Below, one piece after another: positions 13,468 through 25,400 of a stretch of 46,914 nt of DNA. Within the stretch, counting starts at the first letter, position 1; every line of letters begins with the position of its first letter. The translations under genes and the position numbers were made by a program. Source of the DNA: Catajapyx aquilonaris (taxonomy: Eukaryota); contig KZ538801.1 in assembly GCA_000934665.2 (NCBI GenBank), positions 1 through 46,914 of the forward strand, in the 5' to 3' direction. The notes beneath the pieces were generated by a model, which searched no databases, was not told where the DNA came from, and saw only the letters and a program-made list of their open reading frames with translations.

Positions 13468-16400
13468 GTTTGGGGATCAGAAGTTTGACCTCCCCCGAAG
13501 CACCAATTGCCACGCTCCCGATGATGCCTCGTTAGCTAATTGCCGATCCAATTGGTTTCACGCAGGTCTCGCCACATTGTCCCACACCTCTCGACACGCA
13601 GAATGCAATCGGCCGGCTAAATATTGCCAATTCGGCGACCTTGTGACGGACGGACGGACGGTATGCCACAGGCTCCGAGCCAAAAATAAACCAGAATAAA
13701 AACCGACAGTAGAACCAACTCAAATCTAAGTCTGCATAACTACCCCCCCCCCCNCCCCCAACTAACATAGCATGCCGTATTTTCTCTATGTCTGCGGTTG
13801 ACATCATAGGACGTCAGCAGCACTACATATGCACAGACGAAATTGATTTTTTCATAGGTCAAAAAAGTGGGCTTGTTCTCTACGAAATCTATAGGTACGG
13901 TAGGTCTATCCGCAACTGGAAGAAAATCGTCACTTCCTAAGATTTCTTTAGCTTTCTTTCCACGACTGCCTTCATGGCAAAATATTTGCATAAACTTGGG
14001 ATACTGTCAGGATTACGGTAGTAAGAAGTTCGCACATTTTCAAATTAAAGTGCTTGCCCTGAAGCTATCCCGTGGAATCGAATTGCTCTCCCGAATATAT
14101 ATTTCTTCAGGGAGCGTATAACTGTGCTCTGAAGAAGTTCTCACTTCGGCACGAAAATTTGATGTGCTATGGTAAATCTGCCTGCTGCACGTGTGCAGCA
14201 ATTTCAAGGGATGAATTTTGATCAAAGCTGCGGTGAAAAGTGAATGAATCTTGAAGTTTGACTCACAGTCAGACCAGACCACGCTCAATGATATACTACC
14301 AGCGGTATGTCGAAACAGTGCCGGGTCATACGTTATTTTTGACCCTTTTTAACGGGCATTGCGCACACAAATGAGCGACTTGATCAGTGGTCTCATTATA
14401 ACTTTTGTGGTGAACGTTTCTTACTGGAGCGACTGTCATTAGTCGCATACGCCTGTGCAACTTGGCTACGTGCAAACTTGCGTACATCTCTGTAACGGCC
14501 GACCTCGGATGTATATGTGACACGTAGCATTGTACGTGGTTTTGAAGACGTGCACCACTGGAAAGTGGACCACGAAAAGGGACAGAGAATTGGCCCATGT
14601 GAAACGTGCCTTACACATGCACTACAACCTGCATGTTGTACCGGTAGGGCGTACCGATCAGCAGCAAGAATGCAGCATTAAAAAACCTATAGTACTGCAA
14701 TAGCACTTGACCTATTTACGTTCACACAAACTTGCAAAGTGTAGGATACTGTAGGTATCGCTGATAAACTACAGAGGGTATTTACACGAGCCTCATGATT
14801 ATGTCATTAATGCTCTTATTTACTTTGGAAGGACTATACTTATTTATGTTATCAGGTTCACCGTATACGTTGATGGATGTGAACTGGAAATAGCAGCTTC
14901 ATTACGAAAAGCCCCCCCTTGAGATTTTATGAACATACCAATTTTTGGGGCGACTGCTCTAAGCGTAATATATGCTGTATTTATTCAAACCAGCGCGACC
15001 TAGAACAGCGCAGAGCTAACGACCACGTACAGTTATAGGACTAAAAAAATACCTACCAACTGAAAAGCACCTTTTGTTTTAGAAGAGACGACGAATTGTG
15101 TGTCTATATATAACCCATATGCCCAGAGTCAAAGTCGGCTCTAAGCACTCAAAAATGGCATAGCTACATTTTCTACTAGCGTTGGTGTGAAGCATAATTC
15201 CTGAGCAATCCTAAAGTTTGACGATTCCAATTAAACTGATCCATTTGTTACCACGCATTATGGCAGTCCAGTGTCGAAGCGATATCAATATGTCCTGCTA
15301 TAATCCCCATGAATTAACCTATTATTACCCAGTTGTCAGCTATTCAGAGGTAATCGGGCATATATACTAGTATTTGTAAGAGTCAACACCAGATACGTTC
15401 ATATATCACCCCTCTAATCGTATCAAGTAGCTGAAGCCCGCTATACGTTGTTGTCGTAATTAAACCAATTCAAATCCGGTCATTCGACACCTTATTGCCT
15501 TATTCCTCTTTTCTAAAGCCTGTGGGCACTTTTGAACGGATAAAAAATGTCCATAACGCGGATTCCAACACGGTTATGTGATACCAATCGAGGGGTTGTG
15601 TAAACAAAACCAACTGCCTACAAAAGTTGGTAGCTCCCGTTACCAAACGACCGTAATAATCTACCAGAATCGGAGAAAAAAAACTTTTCTACAACACAAT
15701 TTTCGCTCTCAAAGTGGGTTATCAGATTTCAAGCTCGAGTTGGAGGGTGGTGCGGAAATGAGGAAATCTGCGCCTCTGAAATGAAGGACCGCATTCTCCA
15801 GTAACATCTGTACCGTTAAGTTCTTCCACTAAAGAAGTGATAACCGGAATCGTACATTAAGGTCCGATCAAATTAATAGGCGGTACACGCTTCGCCATTT
15901 CCGTTTCTGTAATGCGCGCATCTACATACCAATCGCCACCGGGAAGACAAGACAATTGAACATCCGTTGTATACAAAAAAAGATGACATTGTCTCTCACA
16001 CCCCCCACTGTAGGCTACTCAATCAGGCAGCTTCTAGCATGGCCATCCATCCAGTATGCTACAAATGGGATGTTCAATTACGCCCGTCAGCCAAGCCACA
16101 TGGTCACCGTGGTTAATGTACACCCGGCCGCAATTTAAATCAAGGTGATACACGCTGTGGTGAACCGGCGTCATATCAATTGTCCAGCGATGCTAAAATG
16201 GCTATGGGAGCGTGGCACGTGGTGCAGGTGGCAGCACAGTCATCTTAATGTCCGTTACTCAGATGTGTTCCTGGGCCCTGTTTGCGACTACGTGTTGGCA
16301 CCGGTGGCCAGATACGCCAGCGCATGGGGCATACCAGTCCTGACCGCTGGTGCTCAAGCCGATGCATTCCGATACAAGGCTACACAGTATCCGCAGCTCA

Positions 16401-19400
16401 CCCGCATGATGGGATCCCATGCAGATGTTGGACAGGCAAGCATTTCCAAGGAATTAATCTTTGGGGGCAAAATAGCCAGCGACAATGAGTGACACCCATT
16501 CTTTCTACTTCTTTGTCCTGGGCATAATGGAACAATGGTTGGAGGTAGTGACTGCATCCAGCCATTTTAAGGACGCGGAATCACTAGCAATCACATTGAC
16601 ACGATTGGGAATATATGCGGTGGTTTTAGCATGCCTGTGGATCTTTTGGTAACTATTACTAACTCTATAGAAATGGGGCAAAACTGGCCGTAAAAAACAT
16701 TTCTGGCCCTTTGTGACCTCAATCACCATCCGTAGCGGTCCATTCCGTTGAGTGTACATACAGTACAGTGTACGGAAACATTAGCGGAAACCGCTGACAC
16801 GCATTTGTGGGGATGGCGCTGATTAATTAAGCGGCTGGCAAAAAGCGTTTAGAACTGGAATGTTTGTTTTCTCCATATTGAACGGCATATATCCGCCCAA
16901 ATAATGGAGGGCCGAAATAGCTCTCAATTACGTAACGTTTACGTTTGGCACTAATTGAGGGGGTCAGGATCCGAATCTGGCAACTGTATGTGACAAATGA
17001 AACCGAAGTAAATGCAATTAAGCTGACATTTATTAAAGGTGTAGCTGCCGTTTGCAGGCGTTTTTGATTCCTAGCATTTGTATCCATATGTTGAGTCCGT
17101 ATTGATTATATGCATGGAAATAATCGGAACAAATTGTATATCTCAAAATTATTATTATAATAATGAAGTTCATAATATATTTCAAAAAAGAATGTTGCAG
17201 TTGCGCGCTCCTGATTCTAAGCCCGATTTTCATCATCTGATTAGCATGATAAAGAGTAAACACTCAGATACAACGTTCGGAGCATATGTGGATAGAGTGC
17301 TATTAAAATACATATTTTATACTCTTTTTATGAAGAGTGCAATGCTCAGATTCTGATTATGGCCTATATCAGCTGCAACGTCGATCGGATGCAAACACAC
17401 CAACATTGCCTGGGCCACGTTGTCGAGAACAATAGTCATCGATCACCCGTACTCTTATACCAGGAGTACCGATCTACATGCATGCAAATGAGAAAAGCCC
17501 GCCGTTGTTTCATCTGAACAACAAAGAGCACAGTCGCGTGCAATATATTGACATGCAACTACCCTTGATTGTTACAACCTTTTCTCTTCATAACCCAACT
17601 GCCTCCTGATCAATCCACACATGGAAAATGATCTGCCTTGCTGTACCTGGAAGGTCACAGCAGGTGTTAAAACCACATGCATATATGCAACCGTCTCCCA
17701 AAAGTGTCACACAGTCTGCTTCAAATAACAAGGGTACCAAATGGCACATTATGTCAGTACATCACCTCTCACCCACTAGTTTCCTCCGCAGTGAATTTCT
17801 TACCGACTATAAAGCACGTATATAATCCAGCTCACGTAGGCACCGAGATGCTGATGCAATTATGTCGAGGCAGCGGGTTTTTTTTTTTTTTTTAAAAAAA
17901 AAAGAGGGCGATAAAAACCCTGGTGGTGATGCAGAAAAACCGGGGCCTCGACACATGTAATTCGAATTGAGAGTTGTGCCCTGAAGCACCATAAAGGTTG
18001 TGGGTATGGGGAGGCACAAAATATGGAGGCCTGCGAGTTGTCTGTCGCCTTCTCAGGCGCTGGTGGGTATGCTGAGACGCTTCGGATGGTCAACAGCCGG
18101 CCTGCTGTACCACAACCACGCCGTGGGAAGCGGACGCGGTCATTCCGTCTGTCATTTCCTGATGGCTGCCATCTTTAGCGCGCTTGGACGCGGTGCATCT
18201 GAAACTGGATCCGGTGAGAGTGGTGAAGGACCGGTGAATACCACCAGCGCACCGCCTGGACGGACCACTACTACCCAGGTGCCGCATCGAGCCTTCGACG
18301 AGGACCAAAGTCCGTTGGATGCTCGAGGCCTCCTTAGTTTCTTCCTTGACCGCGCCCGCAGTGAGAGTCTCTTTCGCTCTTCAGACCTACCCCCTTTTCG
18401 GCATGTCCCCTTTTGCACGTGTTGGTTGTTGTGTACCCCCATTTTTTTGTAAGCTAGGTGTGGGTTTACTTCTGCTCGGTGCATGCAGGGAGCGTATGAT
18501 AGGGCGCAAGCGACCGCTGGAAGTAACTCTAAAACCAAATTTGCGAGTCAAAGAGACCAGTTGGCGGACCTAGTTTCCCGGGAATGATACCGCATGGGGC
18601 TGCGAAAATGCAAATGCGGGGCTATACGTGGATCTAGCGTACTTGTCCCAGGATGAAATGTTTTTTAACCGGGTTATGTTTGGAAAAATTGGAAGTATGC
18701 TATAGAGAGTACTTGCAATTTTTAAGCTTGGAGATTCGGTGGTAGTGGCTTTCCTGCATCACCAACTATGATTATTTTTTTTATTCGCCCATACTGTTCC
18801 CTTGAACGGACAGGAGTGTAGAATATTCATATCGCCTATTAAAAATCCGCTATAAGCTAGGGTATTAATGTCTCTGCGAGTCAGGTGAGAGTCAGGGGGG
18901 ATTATGTGTTTGAAAATCTCGTATAAAGCTGCACTCTGTTTGATACGTCTCTAAAGGCTATAGAACAGTATAAGCCCACCGATTTGTGCGTATTGACTCC
19001 TTTTTTTTCATTCACATAAGGGTCACTCTAGGCCACTGAATACAGCCCTGAAATTCCACGCCTGTAATCAAAGGTGCACTTTACATGCACTAATGCAAGC
19101 GCCAGCGGGTTTGCAGCAAGTGTCATCAAATATAGCGGAACATCCGACGAAAAGTGGAAGAGAAGTGGCCTAAAATACTATCTCTTTGTGGCAATCAATA
19201 TTTCAACAAGTACCATTTCAAATCAACATTATAGCCATGCACCACCCCCACCATTTGTCTATTGTAATCTGAGTCTGGATAATCACCAGTTCACCACGGG
19301 CCCGCCGAGTGGCTTTTAGAGGAAAATGTTTCGCTAAATCAACTGGAATGCTAGAGGCTGGAGTTTGAAAAGCCTCAAGTAGTACGGATGAGAGAAAGTA

Positions 19401-22400
19401 AGCGTACTAGTAGCAGGCATGCGCCAGGCCTATTGGACCTAACACATTGGCTTGCAGGCAGGAACCGGATCTTGGGACTTGTGAGCAGCCTCCATGGTTA
19501 ATTCACACACCAAAAGCAGCTCGGTGCGACGGATCTTGCTCAAGTTTACAAGCAGCACTACTTCTCTATGTGCTAGGGAACATTCAATGCAAGTTTACAC
19601 CTAGTCTTCTGCTATTCACGGTGTATGCTATGCAAACAACTGGCTCGTATAGCCCTATTTATAATGCATGCAATGGGTGTCCTACCAGGAATCCACTCCC
19701 TTGCGATCCGTGCTCTAAAGTGTTATCTGCTAGGTAATAGCCATGGGTTTCAATAGCACCAGCCATGGTCCTGCTTATTACTTGCAAGAGATTGTGAAAT
19801 GTCAATTAATGCGTGTAATCATCGCCGTTAATGTTGCAATTGAGAGCAATTGAGATGCATGAATCGTTAGGAAGACTGGGTGGAAGTTTCGTCCCACTGC
19901 TAGTTACTGAGTGTTGTCAATGGTACTGCTAAGTTAGCAGTAACTAGCAGTGGGACGAAAATTCCACCCACTATGTGGGCATGGCATATTTAAAGGTGTA
20001 ATTATACTCAGAGTGACTACATTTTCCCAGGTATAACTTACTGGAGTTGTGGAAATTATACCATGGCAGCTCCGTGATTAAGCTGTGGTCAAATTCTTTG
20101 CGCCATAATGCATTAATAATTCAAAAGCTCCACGTAATGGTGCGCTTAGGCAAATATTATTCTAATTTTACGTGGCAATGTTCCGAAGTTCAAAATCGAT
20201 AAGAGTGATTTTAAATTACACATCATTTTGGAAGAATCTCATATTCGCTTGCTCGATGAAATGTAGATCAACAGTTTATCTAGTCGTTGCATGGAATAGA
20301 TAAATTCATTACTGTCCGATTTGGCCCATAAACACGTTCGTTTTGTATGGCATATGTACTCTCATCAAAATGAAATCATCCAGCATTCCGTTCGCACCTT
20401 TGCGTAGATCACTTGAAATCCTCTCTTACTTTTGAAACAAGGACCGAAATTCGACCCCTGACAAGACACTATTGGTTTTCTTGCAAACAAATCCGGAACT
20501 CTTCTTATAATTCAACTATAGTCACAGCCTTTTCACAGGCTTTTCAATCTAGTCCTTTCTGTACAGGAGCGAGAGCAGAGACTAACAGCCTTTCATGCAG
20601 GATTGTTTGTGCTGGAGATGAATTCAAACGTGAAGACCTGTTTCTATTATGTATCTAGTTGCATTATAGATGCAGATCAGTGTGCTTTGCATTTTGCAGT
20701 TCATAAAATAGTCAAACAATTCGTCTTGGTAGCAGTGAAGTTACGATTTACAGTAATGTCTTGTCAATTAGCAGGTCACGGGACCTATTAAAAGCCGAAT
20801 AATTTCTTAAAATACGGTACAAAAATTATTTTAGGACAGTCTACGGTTTATCGTTATGCTCAAACGCCGAATCCAAATTTACGGACCATTAAACTTACTA
20901 ACGTTGCTTCCCTCCTACAAGACAATAGTCTTAATTCAATCACTTCAATTATAGCATGGAGGTTTGGCTATTAACACGAGTTCCTCAAGTTTAATACGAA
21001 ATTATTGAGGCATTTAGGCGCAGTAAATACATCATTCCAGATAACCTATACAATGATGGTCGGCTGCTGCACATTTGGGTTGCTATTGTTTCCACATTGA
21101 TGCTAGAATTTCATGCCTGAAGACGCAGTAAAGTTGGCCGTCCCGAATTTCCAGCACTATAGGAAAAGCTAAATCATCGCTAGATATGTATTATACGGAA
21201 CTTTTGGTACTGCTTGGGTTGGCAGAATCGGCCATGAGACTGCTCCATACATTTTTAGTATCCGCCATGAATATAAACATCGCAGTACAAGTGTAGTATA
21301 GCAGGGAGATATTACAAATGCAGACTCGCAGCCGTGTGTCCACACAAAGCTTTCGAAAATCTACAACGGCGTGCGGCTCCAAATATGAAAGAGCGTCAAG
21401 TCATTTGGGCAGGCGAGAGTGTATTAGTCCAGGGCCTAGCTACATTCATTATTATTCATCCGCATGCCACAAAGTGTCCCTAGGCCTGACTTGATGCATC
21501 CAGCGCTGTTTGGATCCAGGCAACCAAAGCGTCTCATCTACATTTAATGCGGAACTCCCCAGTATTTCAGTAGGAAAAGGTGGGGATGTGGATGTCCACT
21601 TCGCATTTCCCTTCCCAAAAGTTGGGGAACCTTGCTGCAAGCAAAAGGCAAGACAGGATGAAACTTGCCAGGCCTGTGGACGTGGAAAGCCCTAAAGCCC
21701 TAGGGAATCCCTTCCTATATTCATCCCCATTTCAGCTCCTACAAAGCAACGAGCATGCTTCCTACCCATCCCAAACCTGCACTTGGGACCTGCAGAGATC
21801 ACGTACCAAATCCCACCTTCAGATAGGGGTCTCAGCTTGCATTTGGGCCGTGTTGACCAATCCCGAGATGAAGCCCCGCACCATCCCGACTGCCGAATTC
21901 CCACGAGTGATGGAAAGACACAATGGGGTAGAACCAGACTTGTCACTGTTCCGGATTTCCAGCAGGGTACAGACCAGACAATTTTCCATGCTCCATTACG
22001 AACTAACTATGGGGAGAGAGCTGTCATAATTGAAGCGGGCTAAACAATGCGAGTTGGGCCTTGTTTTCCAATAGGGGGCTCTGCCCGCCTGGTTATACCA
22101 AAGTTGACAGACGCAGAGGGGGATTATTTTGAAAAGCATGTGCTGGACCGCAATTGAAGCGCAAAGGTTGCATATTTACTCGGGATAAACAAAAAGGAAT
22201 GCCATAATAGATGCTGGGAGGTGTAGGAGTACTATACCTGGCAACCACTAAGTCAATAAAGTCGCATGAAACATTTTGGACTTCGACAGTGTGCACTTTG
22301 TTCGTACAGTGTACGACGTCTTTGTTACATCCTGCTCCCATTGTGTTCAAGTTGTGCATGATTTGTGTCTGAATATTTAAACAGATTGAAAAGTGTAGCC

Positions 22401-25400
22401 ATTTTGGCTACAGAAAAAAATCGCGGGTGGAAAAGGGTTTCTGCTCTTGTAAGCACGTAGCAGAGAGCTTCCATATCTTAACAATACTGTATTTTGTAAC
22501 CATTCTCATCATTTATTCTACAGTGAATTGTTCGTACAGTACATGAATATAGCGAAGTATAAACAAAGCACAGAATAATCCTACACTGCTCGGAACTTAA
22601 TATGCTGCTTCATTTGTGTAATGGTTGTGCCTCGTACATCACACAATCATGCATTACATGATTATTTTGTGCCAATAAAATGCATTGTTCAAAATGCTGC
22701 TAGGCATAATGCTGTATATAGATCGTCACAACTTACATGTCATCTCCTTATCTGAATCCCAAGCCCAAGCTGTAACTTAGGGCAATACGATGCTTGCCAA
22801 GACGTGGAGTTGTCATGTCTCGAGTATGATAATTTCCGAGGTGTACCTTACGTCAAACGCATGATATTACAATCCCGAGTCTTTGCGAGTGAGTTATCGA
22901 TCTGAGTTATCGCGTTTTGGGCTTGGGTGGCAGGGTGGATTTCGGATAAGGTGGTGGGTGGGCTCTGCCTTTTAAGCTTGGACGATCTATACCCAGAATG
23001 TGCTTCTTCGTTGTAATAACATCACTGTTATAATACATGAAAAAACATCAAGCACTATATGTTATACTGTCTAGAACTGTAGAGTCATTTTGTCCTGCTA
23101 TGACTTGAAAGAATGTAATAATAGCGAGTGCCTTTCATAATTTAGACTCCTTTCACTATTTAAAATTTTATGCATTTGCAAATGAATACACACTCATATA
23201 TTTTGCACACTTTTTTCTTGAAAACTGGACTGAGACGACTGTTTAAAGCATTAAAGGCGATGTTGTGCTCCTCTCATTTACATGCTTACATAATATGAAG
23301 CTTCCACATTAATCTGCATTAAATCAAGTAGAACTACAAAAAATTATTATATGCAGGCGCACATTTTAAATTCAAATATTTTGGAATAGTCGTTTGTTAA
23401 TGATAATCTCCTGATGTAACACATATTATTAAATCCTTCCTGTTTATACAGTATACCCATTTGGAGTTTTCTCTACGAGCTAACACAGGTTAATTAGCGA
23501 TAGTGCATTGAATCAGAAGGTACGAGAGCTAAAACTCCCAACTTTTCTCCTTCTAAAAAAATGTGGTTAAACTGTATACAAGATTGCCTCCCTCGCACCC
23601 AATGCACGAACACCAAGCGTAGGAGTATCCGTAGTACACAGAAACTTCAAAGCTCGTTTTCTCACAATCACGTACAATCCCAACCTGCGCTTAGTTCTCT
23701 TGTTCATTAAGGCCTCCACCCCCCTCTCCCTTCAATTGAAACGATGAGTCCGAAAAGCCCTAGGCAAACAAACTCGTGCTTTCCATTTATTTTTCAAATT
23801 ACTTGGCACGTATTGGGCCCCCCAACTGGTAGTATAAGCTGGTCATTCGTTCGTTCACTAAAAAGGTTCATTGGATTTAATGGAAAAACCACATCGTGAG
23901 ACATGATTGTTTCCTATGGCAATCAGTCTGCTGCCATTTTCAGTACCGACTGCAATAATTTCTCATCTATTTACCGAACGCTGTTAGTTCCATTTGAAAG
24001 GATTAACCACCGATAATTGCCGATTTAAAAAATGATAGTATCGTAAATATCAGGCTGTCGATTATGAATCGTGCACCGCCTGTGTTTCATCACTGATTTC
24101 TTTCCCATCCAATTTGATAGCGGTCGTTTTGCTTAACGCCCCACACGCCGTACTAGATAAATTAGCCTAATGGACGCATTTCCCATCCAGTGGCAAGTGC
24201 CGACAGGTGACATATGGCCTCCTTCAGCAAGTGCAATTATTTGCCCCAGAGTGGCTAGTGGTGGAAATGTCGATGAACTATCCTGCTCCATACCTCTACC
24301 TGCAGGTGAATCACGGAAGCGTCAAATCCCGGTCTGTTTTCCATTGCAGTTGTGGTCCTCTGTGCCAACCCACTGACGGTACGGAAGCTGCTTCTAGCTG
24401 CCGAACAACTACACATGGCCGACCGAGGAGAGTACGTCTTTTTCAACGTGGAGTTGTCCAAGTAAGCTTCTAGCACAATACCCAAGGTGTCCCTAAGGAC
24501 TCATCACGCCCGGATTCGCGGATAGATTAAGGCTGGCGGCACCACGTAAACAACCCCGGATATTTTCAGCGTACGAAAAGTGCAGATTTCTGGTCATGTA
24601 GTCTGTGCCATAGTGTTATAAACCCTATCTTGCACTGACCGCAAGCTTTAAACCCATCTGGACATTCGCATCACGTTGTAGACCACCACGTGCCCTATCT
24701 GGCCATCATCATTTCCACGCTATTAGGTGCTGACCATCTGGATACACACTGGATTTTGGCAATTCAAAAAAGTTGGGTGTTGTTCTTGGCGAAGGCGAGA
24801 TGGCTCCACGTTGCTATACTATGTCAGTTTTATAGCCGGAGATGGATGACGGGAGATAGGGCTAGGGAGCCGAGGGCCATAGTTTTCCTGAGCATCCTGA
24901 GGTGGCTTAATTGGTCAGCGGTGCAATTAGGGCTTAAATTTCGAGGTGCTTTTATGGAAATGGCTGACAGGAGTGCGGTAGATTATATAACGCAGGGCCT
25001 CTTGCGTTTCTTTTATATGCATGGACACACATTACATTTTGAAGCTTGATAATTGCAGGATATGTACAGTACGTCTCAGACTGGAGCTGTGCGCAAATGT
25101 TCATTTTTTTGCAATGTAGTCTTCTATATAAATAAATCCGTTTGTGAGTCTGTCTCTCTGTCTGCCTCTCTGTCTGTCTGTCCGCCTGCCAACCGTCATT
25201 TGCCTGCCATCTGTGCTCCACCCCCAGGCCGGGAGAGGATGGAGGTGTTGGGGGTTGACTACAGATGGCAGGCAAATGACGGTTGCCGTTATACAGGCGG
25301 GAGAGGTTCAAGGTGTTGGAGTAGCAGGACCACAGATGGCATTGGTGGCCGGACACACAGAAAGACAGACAGTTGATGGTGGTACTGGCAGGTGTTTTCC

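Noticed and set aside
21452..22043. Cluster of overlapping ORFs in a GC-richer patch of intron 3
   Set aside because: No recognisable motif or consistent splice structure; probably decayed repeat sequence.
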